A stretch of 64,000 nucleotides of DNA from Bacteroidales bacterium UBA1800 (GTDB taxonomy: Bacteria; Bacteroidota; Bacteroidia; Bacteroidales; VadinHA17): the NCBI GenBank assembly GCA_002319915.1, contig DCFQ01000021.1, positions 47,643 to 111,642 on the forward strand, written 5' to 3'. The notes under the pieces are model-generated. The model worked only from the letters and a program-made list of their open reading frames with translations, was not told the DNA's origin and ran no database searches. Shown here piece by piece: positions 1-9,729 of the stretch; position 1 is the first letter of the stretch; every line of letters starts with the position of its first letter. Position numbers and translations under genes: made by a program.

Positions 1-58
1 TCTGCTTTACCCTGAACTTCAACATTATTTCCTGTAATAAATTTTTTCAGTAATGGAA

Positions 59-1267
59 TCATCTTTGGGTTCTTATTTTATTTCCGGCGATGGCGTAGTA
101 CATAATGTAGAGGTAGGCTGGCAAACAAACACAATAAGCAACCTGATGAGAAGCCATGTCAGCAACATAACCAAACAGAAGCGGAAGGAAAGCTCCCCCG
201 ATTATCCCTGTTACAAGTAATGCAGATCCCATTTTTGTAAACTTGCCAAGATCAGCGATAGCAAGAGGCCATATCGCAGGCCACATTAATGCATTGGCTA
301 AGCCCAGGACTGCCACAAGATAGATTGATATCGTCACAGGCAACAAAAGTATCATGAGGGTGACCAGTACACCTGAGATTGTGCATAACAGTAAAGCGAC
401 ACTCTGACTTAAGTATTTCGGGATAAATAATACTCCTGAGGTATAACCCAGGACCATACCTGCTGATACTAGCCAGACATAATTATGGGGAGAAGGCAAA
501 TTCAGAATCGAAGCATAATCGTTTATTGTACCAAGAGCAATATATTCGACGCCCACATCAAAAAAAATAGCCACAGCTCCCAGAATAAGATGAGGGAATT
601 GAAAGATGTTTGTTTTCGATGCCGCATAAGATGAAACAACAGATGCCTGCTCATTTTCATCTTCACCAATAGCTTTTATTTCAGGCAGAGGCGTAAAGTA
701 ATAAATACCTGACATTACAGCCATAACACCTGATATAATATAGAAAGGCAGGATTGTGTCCTGAATATTGACATTCGAAAGATCCATGAAAACAGCGAGT
801 ATCAGTGAGGCAAAGGCAAAGAAAGTCTTACTACATATTCCCATGAGGGCAATACGGCTTGCTGCACTTTCGGGAGGACCGATGATTGTAACGTATGTAT
901 TAACAGCTCCGGTCAGCAAAGTTTGTCCCATTCCGCTGATGAACAGTGCCACGAGTAAAAGAGGGAAGCTTGTGATTCTGGCCGATGGGGCAATCAAATA
1001 AAAACCTGCTGCCATAATGAGAAAGGCAATAGCCATTCCTCCCTTGTAACCAACCTTCTTAATAATTGCTCCTGAAGGTACACCAAATACTGCAAAAGAC
1101 AGGAAGGTAGCTGTCATGACCAGGTAAGACATAGTAATTGAAATGTGAAAAGCTTCTTTTACGAAAGGAATGAAGAATGCATTTATTCCAAGGGCAAAAC
1201 CAAGCACTGCAAACATTGACCCGGTTAATATCATTGGAATCACTAAGGTTTTTCGTCCGGTGGTCAT
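59..1267 (-). CDS. MFS sugar:H+ symporter (FucP / glucose-galactose transporter-like)
   Basis: 402-aa ORF that is hydrophobic throughout, about 12 helices by eye. The N-terminal region (LGFALGINAFFIPFVKEAF, KKVGYKGG loop) resembles the FucP/GluP MFS subfamily from memory. It is the last visible gene of the minus-strand locus. Confidence 0.8.
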   Translation of the reverse strand: MTTGRKTLVIPMILTGSMFAVLGFALGINAFFIPFVKEAFHISITMSYLVMTATFLSFAVFGVPSGAIIKKVGYKGGMAIAFLIMAAGFYLIAPSARITSFPLLLVALFISGMGQTLLTGAVNTYVTIIGPPESAASRIALMGICSKTFFAFASLILAVFMDLSNVNIQDTILPFYIISGVMAVMSGIYYFTPLPEIKAIGEDENEQASVVSSYAASKTNIFQFPHLILGAVAIFFDVGVEYIALGTINDYASILNLPSPHNYVWLVSAGMVLGYTSGVLFIPKYLSQSVALLLCTISGVLVTLMILLLPVTISIYLVAVLGLANALMWPAIWPLAIADLGKFTKMGSALLVTGIIGGAFLPLLFGYVADMASHQVAYCVCLPAYLYIMYYAIAGNKIRTQR

Positions 1268-1326
1268 GATTTGGTTAAGATTTTAATTGGTAAAAACTTT
1301 AATTACAATAAGCAAATCAGTTGAAA

Positions 1327-2274
1327 CTAATTATCTGTGTTGATCTTATACTCAGTAATTATATTTACACTAAGCTCTTTACCAGGGGAAAGGATATCCG
1401 GGCAACCACCACAAGCCTCAATTTCCATAAAACCCGTAGGATCGCAATAAATGCTCAGCTTTATACCCTTTTCTGAAGGAATCTGGTCAGGCGGGGCATC
1501 AGCTATATCAATATATTTCTGCCCCGGAGGCAGAGTGCCTGTATACCTCTTTACCTTCAAATTGTCAAAATATTTGTATTCAATCCATGGCACATTTTCT
1601 CCCATGCCGAGTTGGAAACGAAAATAAGTATTGGTATTAACAATATATTTATCGTTTGATATACCACGCATGGACAAACTGGAGCTGTATAAATCACGAA
1701 TATCTTCTTCTGTCTTGTAAGGCATAATTACTTCACAACCTTTACCGGTATCTAACTGACATAATGACCAGGGAGCAAGCCTGAAATCTTTTATGAACAA
1801 CGTTTTTACCCCGATATATCTGATCATTTCTGTTACATTCTGTACGAGACAGTTCTCATTGTACTCTACTTCAATATGACGCTCAAATTCGCACGGGATA
1901 CCCAGCTGACGATTATTCACCAGATCTATTTCTGCCTTTATTACCGTTCTTTTTTCATTTTGTCCTGTGATTTCCCAGACAGCTCCTGTAATTTCCGGTG
2001 GCACTCTCCAGTTGCCTGTCGCATATTCATAGCCAAAACAGGTACCTTCAGGAGCAGGCCACAAAACATCGCCTCCGGGGTTCCGATATGCCGTCTTGTT
2101 ACTTTTGTTCAGTACGGATGAAGGAACAACCCTGTTAAGTACTTTATTATTCAAAACGGCAAAAAGTCTCCCTTCCATATCCAGGGCTGCTATAATGCCA
2201 TTTTCCAGGGTGCCGGTTAAGTTGGACCGACATTTAGCCTGATCTAACAACTCCAATAATTCCTGTCCTGTCAT
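1327..2274 (-). CDS. hypothetical protein, no signal peptide (possibly mutarotase-like/DUF; function unknown)
   Basis: 315-aa ORF packed tightly between the creatininase-like gene and the MFS gene. The motif NPGGDVLWPAPEG recalls uncharacterised carbohydrate-locus DUFs, but I cannot name the family securely. Confidence 0.5.
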   Translation of the reverse strand: MTGQELLELLDQAKCRSNLTGTLENGIIAALDMEGRLFAVLNNKVLNRVVPSSVLNKSNKTAYRNPGGDVLWPAPEGTCFGYEYATGNWRVPPEITGAVWEITGQNEKRTVIKAEIDLVNNRQLGIPCEFERHIEVEYNENCLVQNVTEMIRYIGVKTLFIKDFRLAPWSLCQLDTGKGCEVIMPYKTEEDIRDLYSSSLSMRGISNDKYIVNTNTYFRFQLGMGENVPWIEYKYFDNLKVKRYTGTLPPGQKYIDIADAPPDQIPSEKGIKLSIYCDPTGFMEIEACGGCPDILSPGKELSVNIITEYKINTDN

Positions 2275-2277
2275 AGT

Positions 2278-3018
2278 TTATATACCCATGGCTTTCTTCA
2301 TATCGCGAAGAATGACAGACATAGCTCGGTCGCCATAATCTTTTGAAGCATCTTTCGCACTCCTGGAGAACCAGTTTTTGTCAATAAAGCGTTTCATGTC
2401 AACACCCTCAGGGCAGAATGACATCATCAGTGATGTCTCCTGTTTACCAGCATGGTCAATTGGAAATTGAGCTTGTGCATCCGCACTCATAAACGGACAG
2501 ATGTGTATCCAGTTAAAGGGATCAGTACCAGTTTCAAGTTCATCGTAATAAGCAGATGAAGACTCATCTCCCCACCATCCATCACCGCGTTGGCGCTCAA
2601 TGAAGTCAAATATCTCCTGGCGTGCTGCAAGCTTAAAAGCTAGATCTGTAGGCATTCCATTTGAGAAGTTTTCACTCTGATGATGTACAAACACATAAAT
2701 ATTACGGAACCCAATGCGCAAAAGATTATAGAATAGCTGACGCGCAAATTGATTCAGCACCTCTGAATCAACATGTATACCGCCATTGTGTTCCGGAGCT
2801 GCAACAGCATAAGTTCCGGATCCATAATAAAAAGGCGGCATTATTACCAGTGGCATCTCTTTCTCCAGAAATTCCAGAGCTCTGACTACAAGCAGAGAAT
2901 CTACCCCGGGTGTGAGATGTTCACTATGATATTCAAGCACTCCCAAAGCCATGACTACCGGAGTGTTTTTATCAATCGCATCCCTGATCTGATCAGGGAA
3001 CATCAATTCATAATGCAT
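2278..3018 (-). CDS. creatininase-family amidohydrolase
   Basis: 246 aa. The N-terminal LGVLEYHSEHLTPGVDSLL matches the creatininase-family metal-binding motif (GxxEqHGpHLPlgtD). It lies 3 nt from the next gene. Confidence 0.7.
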   Translation of the reverse strand: MHYELMFPDQIRDAIDKNTPVVMALGVLEYHSEHLTPGVDSLLVVRALEFLEKEMPLVIMPPFYYGSGTYAVAAPEHNGGIHVDSEVLNQFARQLFYNLLRIGFRNIYVFVHHQSENFSNGMPTDLAFKLAARQEIFDFIERQRGDGWWGDESSSAYYDELETGTDPFNWIHICPFMSADAQAQFPIDHAGKQETSLMMSFCPEGVDMKRFIDKNWFSRSAKDASKDYGDRAMSVILRDMKKAMGI

Positions 3019-3081
3019 AATTATTTTTTTTCATCATTTTTAATGTGGTGCAGGTATTCGAAAGTGCCATCACTTCAGAGA

Positions 3082-4245
3082 TTAAATCTCAACGGTCTTC
3101 ATGAATTTTGAAGAGAGTTTCTCTACTCCGCCATTTTTTATCACTACACCATTTTCCCAGCGAAGTCCAAAATCTTTGTCATAAAAAAATGTATCAACTT
3201 GGAAAGTCATGTTTTCTTTTAATTCATAGTTTGATGTAGATTCCATCCATGGCTGTTCCACTTCCATCATCCCTATTGAGTGACATGGTCCATACAGCAT
3301 ATATTTTTCGAAACCACACGATTTTACCCAGACCTCATATTCCTTAACCACATCTCCGGCTGGTTTCCCAGCTTTCATCATGTCAATAGTCTTGAAATGC
3401 GCTTCCAGACCAAATTCAACAAGTGCTTTTTTATGTTTCGGTAACGGACCGATTGAAAAAGGAATTCCCACACTTGATGAATATCCGCCAACACGTGCAC
3501 CAATATTTAGTTGAATGACTTCATTCTTAATGATCTTGTTATTAGTAGGCCTTGAGATGGCATTATTTGTCGAAGGGCCACAGAAACAATACAGAGAATG
3601 TCCCTCGTATTCGCCTCCATGTTTATAAATCTCACCCTGGGCAATCCCAATGACTTGCAGTTCTGTCATTCCAGGTTTGATTTCATTGAGTATTGCTTCA
3701 ATAGCAAGTTCAGATATGTTGTATGCTTTTCGCATGCAATTAAGTTCATTTTCACTTTTTACAAACCGTAATGGTAGTAACGTCGAATCGGCTTTAATCA
3801 ATTCAACATCCGGAAACTGTTGTTTAATTGACATATAAACAGGAAGGGGAGTGATTGACCAGCTAACGATACCCAGCTTTTTTAATTTCCTTCCCGGAGT
3901 GTACTTTGCCACAATCTCTTTATAACTTTTAAAAGCCATTCCAGGGCATTCAGGTTCAGCAGATTCACGGTATTCAATCATCCTTTCAATATTTCTGAAG
4001 ACACTGCGATGAGCAGCATATATTTCACTTTCAGGCCCCACAAGGAGCACGGGGTCACCTTCGGCCGGAACGAATACACCTGAAGCCTCAAAAGTAGGCC
4101 AGTATTCACTAAGATACCTGACATTAGCCATGTCTGATTCGCTGGCATGAACGAGACATGCGTCTAATCCGGCTTCTTTTATTTTAGCTTGAAATTTTAG
4201 AAGACGATCTGTAAACTCTTGTTTTGGAATTGTAGTTGTGTTCAT
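3082..4245 (-). CDS. M24-family metallopeptidase (Xaa-Pro dipeptidase / creatinase-like)
   Basis: 387 aa with a creatinase/prolidase-type N-domain and a pita-bread C-domain (ELQVIG..., IQLNIGARVGGYSSSVG, HSIGMMEVEQP). Confidence 0.75.
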   Translation of the reverse strand: MNTTTIPKQEFTDRLLKFQAKIKEAGLDACLVHASESDMANVRYLSEYWPTFEASGVFVPAEGDPVLLVGPESEIYAAHRSVFRNIERMIEYRESAEPECPGMAFKSYKEIVAKYTPGRKLKKLGIVSWSITPLPVYMSIKQQFPDVELIKADSTLLPLRFVKSENELNCMRKAYNISELAIEAILNEIKPGMTELQVIGIAQGEIYKHGGEYEGHSLYCFCGPSTNNAISRPTNNKIIKNEVIQLNIGARVGGYSSSVGIPFSIGPLPKHKKALVEFGLEAHFKTIDMMKAGKPAGDVVKEYEVWVKSCGFEKYMLYGPCHSIGMMEVEQPWMESTSNYELKENMTFQVDTFFYDKDFGLRWENGVVIKNGGVEKLSSKFMKTVEI

Positions 4246-4284
4246 GATAAGTATAATTAATTGATTAAATATGATCTGATTTGC

Positions 4285-5778
4285 TTACATCTTCATAGAA
4301 ACCTTCAAAACATAACCGTGACTATTCGGTTTTGTCAAGGGTATGTTTACTTTAAGACCTTTTTCTTCAATTTTCCATAAAACTTCCTCATTAGATCCGA
4401 GCAATTCGATTGACTCGATGTTATTCTGTTCATCTTTCGTTAAATTGTTGAAGGATTTTATTAAAATATTCTGACTTTCAGGCCATTTTAAACTTGTAAT
4501 ATATATATTCTTGCCTTTTTTAGAGAACCAAAAATCACGTGGGGTGATATTCGCATTGAAACCTTCTTTTTCTCTTTTATCAGTTCCATTAATGAGAGCA
4601 AAAGTGGGTCCCTCATGACTGACAATCCAACACGATGTCCCATAAACAGATTCCCCATTGACACTCATCCATTTCCCGATTTCTTTTAAGCGTTCCCGAC
4701 TAGCCTCTGGAAATGTTCCATCAGCCATTGGACCAATATTTAAAAGGTAATTACCTCCTTTACTTGTAATCTCTGTAAGCCAATAGAGCAACTCCTCGAT
4801 CGATTTCCAATCCTGATCGTCACCTCTATACCCCCATGTGTTGTTCATTGTGCCAGGTGTTTCCCAATAAATTTTCCCCATCTTCGCTGTATTAATCGGA
4901 TCATCTTTCATTTCCTCTCCACTTAGTTTTTCAGGAATAATGTTATCTCCTGGGATCCAATAATCGCCGAAGTTATTGCCTATCCTACTATTGTCCAGGA
5001 TAGTTGGCTGAAGTTCATAAACCATTTTGTAAACTTCAAAGCTTTGTTGGCGTGTAATCTTCATTGGCATATCATGCCATAATTCCTGAAGGCCTGGAAA
5101 TTTAGTGAGCAACTCTCGTAACTGAGGTTTATATTTTTTTTCAAAATATTCTGTAAATGAAACAGGGGAGGGATCCCACGTATTTGCCCAATATTGATAT
5201 GATTTATCTTCCTCAGGATGCTTATTCTCATAATCTATGACTCCTCCATTACCCCCATCCATCCAATCTAGATAATTAAAGTATATTGAAAAACTTAATC
5301 CATATTTCTTACATGCCTGGTACAATTCTGCAATTGGATCACGTTTGAACTTAGTCATATCCACGATATCGTACTTTGTTTCTTTTGAATTATACATTGC
5401 AAAACCATCAGCATGTTTTGGCATTGCAACTATATATTGCATCCCCGCCATTTTTGCTGCCTTAACCCATTCATCAGCGCTAAAATGAATTGGATTAAAT
5501 TGTTTACATATTTTTATATACTCACTTCGCGGAATTTCCCCATAACGCATGATACATTCACCTATACCCTTTATATTATTACCCTTCCAATAACCACCCA
5601 AGCTCGAATAGACACCAAAATGGATGAACATTCCAAATTTTGCTTCATTGAATTTTTCCAGTGATTGAATTTTTGATTGATGCATCTTATCCCATTCTAT
5701 CGTTAAACTATCTTGCCCAGATATACAATTACAGATTAACATAATGGAAGTAGCTGTAATGATTGACATTTTTTTCAT
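4285..5778 (-). CDS. alpha-L-fucosidase, GH29, secreted
   Basis: 497 aa with a signal peptide. It carries GH29 hallmarks: KFGMFIHFGVYS and AMPKHADGFAMYNS (the HDGF-type motif). Confidence 0.85.
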   Translation of the reverse strand: MKKMSIITATSIMLICNCISGQDSLTIEWDKMHQSKIQSLEKFNEAKFGMFIHFGVYSSLGGYWKGNNIKGIGECIMRYGEIPRSEYIKICKQFNPIHFSADEWVKAAKMAGMQYIVAMPKHADGFAMYNSKETKYDIVDMTKFKRDPIAELYQACKKYGLSFSIYFNYLDWMDGGNGGVIDYENKHPEEDKSYQYWANTWDPSPVSFTEYFEKKYKPQLRELLTKFPGLQELWHDMPMKITRQQSFEVYKMVYELQPTILDNSRIGNNFGDYWIPGDNIIPEKLSGEEMKDDPINTAKMGKIYWETPGTMNNTWGYRGDDQDWKSIEELLYWLTEITSKGGNYLLNIGPMADGTFPEASRERLKEIGKWMSVNGESVYGTSCWIVSHEGPTFALINGTDKREKEGFNANITPRDFWFSKKGKNIYITSLKWPESQNILIKSFNNLTKDEQNNIESIELLGSNEEVLWKIEEKGLKVNIPLTKPNSHGYVLKVSMKM

Positions 5779-6265
5779 AATTAGACTTTACTTATTTTTA
5801 ATAATTACGGCAATTCATTTTAGTCTACAATACTTACCATACCCTATTCTTATCATATTGTTACTTTAGTGGTAAGCTATAATTAATGCAAGAGGCGTCA
5901 TTATTAAAGGGGTAAAAATTTTTAAAGAGTTCCAATTTTTATAGATAAAGAAAATAAGTCAAGTTTCCCCTTTAATTCTCAGATAATGATGTAATTTACT
6001 CGATAGTACTACTATTGATTTTTTTGTTACCTTCATTTCATAGTAAACTTTTTTATAAACGATTACTTACAACTACAGTATTAATTATTGTCGAGCCATA
6101 AAATGGAGATAAATAACTTATGATGTTATTGGCTATCTTAAATCTGATCTTAACATAAGCAGGGTTTTGAAACAAGAACTTAATAGTACTCTTTGTTTTA
6201 CAGGTATGCTTAGTGGCAATACTTATCAATGCTTCGTGACTTCTCTAAAAGGAGTATAATAATCC

Positions 6266-7834
6266 TTATATCATAGCTCCATCTTTTCGCAAAATATCCT
6301 GTAATGTTTTTATATTCAAATTCCTGGGGCTCAGATTTTGGCTGGCTGCTAAAGCAGCGGCCGTTCCTGCCGCTTGCCCCATAGCCATACAAGAAGGCAT
6401 CATACGGGCCGACGCCTGAGCTTCATGTGTAGATGAGAAACAGCGACCCGCAATAAGTAAATTGTCAACATTAGCAGGAAGAAGACATCGAAATGGAATA
6501 TCATATGAAACACCTGGGGTCATTTTTCCTATTCCAACAAAAGTCTTTTGCTTTTCACCTGGAATAACTGGGTGGATATCAATAAAGCAAGCATAGCGAC
6601 TTATAGCGTCACCAAATTTATTTCCTTTCAATACATCTTCTATATTAAGAGTATAATCGCCAGTGATTCGACGCGACTCACGTACACCTAAGAGAGGAGC
6701 TGTAGCAGCTAAGAAGGACTTCTCAAAACCCGGTATAAATTTTTTATAAAACCTAAGGCTTTGCAATATCTGTTTCCTTGCATCTATAACTGCCTGGCTT
6801 AAATCCTCTACTTTAGTCCCATTTAAACCACTTACATGATTGATGTTGAAGAAAAGCTGTTCTTCACGGATGGAAAATGTACCATAATCTGGAGATAAAA
6901 AACTTTGTCCTATATGGCTAGGAATCTTTTCTCCATTTACTGCTGCATCCTGTTTGAGCTTTTCCCAATTCTGACTAATAAATTTAATTGCCTTATCCGT
7001 ATCGGTGTTAACCACCTGGTATAAAAGAGAGAAAGGTTGAGTCAAACCATCTTCCTCTCTTCCTATCTTAAAAGACGCCCCTGCTGCCACAGCAATATCC
7101 CCATCACCAGTTGAATCAATAATCACTTTCGCCAAGATGGCCATACGCCCGGATTTTGTTTCAATGATCAGACCATTACGTTTTTTGTTTTTAGGTAAAA
7201 TTCCGACACAATATGAATGAAATAGTACTTTAACACCGGCTTCCTCAACCATATTATCCAGAACAAACTTCATTGCTTCTGGATCAAATGCGGTCCAGTA
7301 ATTTTCATTATCTGTAGGCGGACAAGGAATTGCCTGTATTGCTGCATTCATTGAGACCAGGCGCTGAAAAATCTCCCATGGGATTCCTCCAAGTATAATC
7401 TTTTGCTGATCATGCATCGGACCCATGTGGTTCATCAAACCACTTGTGGACATACCTCCTAGGCAATACTCGTATTCCAATAGAATAGTTTTAGCCCCAT
7501 TCCTTGCTGCTGAGATTGCCGCTGCGACTCCTGCTGGTCCCCCACCACAAACAACAACATCCACTTCATCATAGACAGGAATTTCTTTTGATGGTTCAAT
7601 CAACATTTTTGTGTTAGGTTTTTTGTTCACTTCGTGGTTAGAGGTGCTCCTTGGCGTTGAGTTTACCAAACTAGTGGGGATGACTGTTAATCCAGCCGTA
7701 GCGGATAAAACATTTTTCAAGAAACCACGCCTTGTTATTCCGTGGATTAACTTTTTGCTATTCTTAAACATTGAATTCCTATTTAGTTGATATCCATCTA
7801 TATGAGGCATCTTTAATAATTCTATCTTTTTCAT
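6266..7834 (-). CDS. FAD-dependent oxidoreductase with twin-arginine (TAT) signal, copy 1
   Basis: 522 aa. It has a TRRGFLKNVLSATAGL TAT leader and the dinucleotide-binding motif VDVVVCGGGPAGVAAA. It is a close paralog of 8057..9613. Confidence 0.8.
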   Translation of the reverse strand: MKKIELLKMPHIDGYQLNRNSMFKNSKKLIHGITRRGFLKNVLSATAGLTVIPTSLVNSTPRSTSNHEVNKKPNTKMLIEPSKEIPVYDEVDVVVCGGGPAGVAAAISAARNGAKTILLEYEYCLGGMSTSGLMNHMGPMHDQQKIILGGIPWEIFQRLVSMNAAIQAIPCPPTDNENYWTAFDPEAMKFVLDNMVEEAGVKVLFHSYCVGILPKNKKRNGLIIETKSGRMAILAKVIIDSTGDGDIAVAAGASFKIGREEDGLTQPFSLLYQVVNTDTDKAIKFISQNWEKLKQDAAVNGEKIPSHIGQSFLSPDYGTFSIREEQLFFNINHVSGLNGTKVEDLSQAVIDARKQILQSLRFYKKFIPGFEKSFLAATAPLLGVRESRRITGDYTLNIEDVLKGNKFGDAISRYACFIDIHPVIPGEKQKTFVGIGKMTPGVSYDIPFRCLLPANVDNLLIAGRCFSSTHEAQASARMMPSCMAMGQAAGTAAALAASQNLSPRNLNIKTLQDILRKDGAMI

Positions 7835-7853
7835 AATTTCTTTACTTTTGGAA

Positions 7854-7926
7854 TTAATATCCTGGATTTTGTCTAAGATTTGGATTAATATCCTTTTCAG
7901 ACTGCGGAATAGGCGATAAATAACCT
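7854..7926 (-). pseudogene. relic of a susD 3' end (last ~23 codons plus stop)
   Basis: The minus strand reads YLSPIPQSEKDINPNLRQNPGY*, against the intact SusD tail YLWPIPQTERDINPNLTQNPGY* at 9730..9798. The DNA aligns without gaps (ttaatatcctggattttgt...). Confidence 0.85.
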
Positions 7927-8056
7927 CTTTTATAAACGATTACTTACATCTACAGTATTAATTATTGTTGAGCCATAATATTGAGATAGATAACTTATGA
8001 TGTTATGGGCAATCTTAAATCTGATCTTAACATAAGCAGGATTTTGAATCAAAAAC

Positions 8057-9613
8057 TTATATCATTGCTCCATCTTTTCGTAAACTATTCTGTAAAGTTT
8101 TTATATTCAAATTCCGGGGGCTCAGATTTTGACTGGTTGCTAAAGCAGCGGCCGTTCCTGCAGCTTGTCCCATAGCCATACAAGATGGCATCATACGAGC
8201 AGAGGCTAAGGCCTCGTGAGTAGCGGAGAAGCAACGACCTGCGACGATAAAATTATCAACATTTTTAGGCAAAAGACATCGATAGGGGATATCATAAGAT
8301 GTACCAGGTTCTCTCTTGCCGATTCCAGCATATGTTTTTGACTTTTCACCAGCTACAACCGTATGGATGTCAACCCAGCAAGCATACCGACTAATGACAT
8401 CATCGTACTTTTTTGCCCCCATTACATCTTCTATAGAAAGAGTATAATCACCAACAATCCGACGGGTTTCGCGGACACCCAACATGGCCGCTGTGGCAGC
8501 AATGAAGGATTTTTCAAATCCAGGTATATATTTTTTTGAAAAATTTATACCTTGCCAAATCTGTTTTCTCGCTTCTACCACTGCCTTGCTCAAATCTTCT
8601 ACTTTAGTTCCATCCAATCCATAAGCATGGGCAAGGTTGTAATAATGCTGTTCATCACGGATAGCAAAGGTACCATAGCCAGGGCCTAAAAATCCGTGGC
8701 CTATATAATTTGGGAATTTTTCACCGTTTGCATTAGCAGTCAGTTTGAGTTCCTCCAAATGTTTGCTTATAAATTGAACTACTTTATCCCGATCGGTATT
8801 AACTACTTGGAACAATAATGACATATTCTGAGTTAAGCCATCCTCAACTCTTCCCTTCTCATATGATGCTCCTGCCGCAACAGCCATATCTCCATCCCCC
8901 GTAGCATCAATTATAACTTTTGCCAATACAGCTAACCGTCCAGATTTGCTTTCAATTATTAAACCACTGCGTTTACTCTTCGTCGGTATAATCCCCACAC
9001 CATAACAATGGAAAAGCACTTTGACACCCGCTTCTGCAACCATCTCATCTAGAACAAACTTCATTGCTTCCGGATCGAAGGCTGGCCAATAATTTTCAAT
9101 ATCTGTAGGGGGACAAGGAATTGCCTGTTTTGCTGCATTCATTGAGACCAGGCGCTGAAAAATTTCCCAAGGAATTCCTCCGAGAATTATCTTCTTTTCG
9201 TCATGCATAGGTCCCATATGGTTCATAGAACCACTAGTTGCCATCCCCCCCAAACAGTACTCATATTCAATAAGTAGGGTCTTTGCTCCATTTCTTGAGG
9301 CGCTTATTGCAGCAGCAGCGCCCGCAGGACCCCCGCCGCACACAACCACATCGACTTCATCAAAGATTGGAACTTTTTTTGACGGTTCAATTAGGATCAA
9401 CGTGGATTGATTTTTATCTTCTTTGGGGTTCCAGGAGGACAAAATGGAAGTAGAAGACGCACCAGTAGGGGCGAGTGCTAATCCTGCGGTTATTGAAAAA
9501 GCGTTTTTCACGAATTCACGCCTTTTTGTTTTGCTACAGTTGTTGGAAACTGGACTTGTCTTTCGTGAGTCAATAATGGTACGCTTTAGTTTGCTGAATT
9601 TATTAGTCTTCAT
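8057..9613 (-). CDS. FAD-dependent oxidoreductase with TAT-like signal, copy 2
   Basis: 518 aa with a KRREFVKNAFSITAGLALAP leader and VDVVVCGGGPAGAAAA. It is collinear with copy 1 and nearly identical at the C-terminus (RMMPSCMAMGQAAGTAAALA.SQNLSPRNLNIKTLQ). Confidence 0.8.
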   Translation of the reverse strand: MKTNKFSKLKRTIIDSRKTSPVSNNCSKTKRREFVKNAFSITAGLALAPTGASSTSILSSWNPKEDKNQSTLILIEPSKKVPIFDEVDVVVCGGGPAGAAAAISASRNGAKTLLIEYEYCLGGMATSGSMNHMGPMHDEKKIILGGIPWEIFQRLVSMNAAKQAIPCPPTDIENYWPAFDPEAMKFVLDEMVAEAGVKVLFHCYGVGIIPTKSKRSGLIIESKSGRLAVLAKVIIDATGDGDMAVAAGASYEKGRVEDGLTQNMSLLFQVVNTDRDKVVQFISKHLEELKLTANANGEKFPNYIGHGFLGPGYGTFAIRDEQHYYNLAHAYGLDGTKVEDLSKAVVEARKQIWQGINFSKKYIPGFEKSFIAATAAMLGVRETRRIVGDYTLSIEDVMGAKKYDDVISRYACWVDIHTVVAGEKSKTYAGIGKREPGTSYDIPYRCLLPKNVDNFIVAGRCFSATHEALASARMMPSCMAMGQAAGTAAALATSQNLSPRNLNIKTLQNSLRKDGAMI

Positions 9614-9729
9614 AACTTATAATTATTAAATAATCATTACTTTGAATTCACTTAGAATAACCCAAAAAGCAAATCAATTCAATGTTAATCTATAGCAAAG
9701 ACCCTCTTGTTGAATTATACTTTATATAT

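Noticed and set aside
1-25. Possible start of another minus-strand gene (ATG at 25..23, MLKFRVKQ...) at the left edge
   Set aside because: Only 8 codons are visible, which is too little to support a call.
5779-6050. AT-rich 270-bp region upstream of the fucosidase gene as a possible small gene or ncRNA
   Set aside because: I could find no ORF, no convincing hairpin and no promoter consensus. It is probably just an internal promoter or spacer region, though it is worth RNA-seq inspection.
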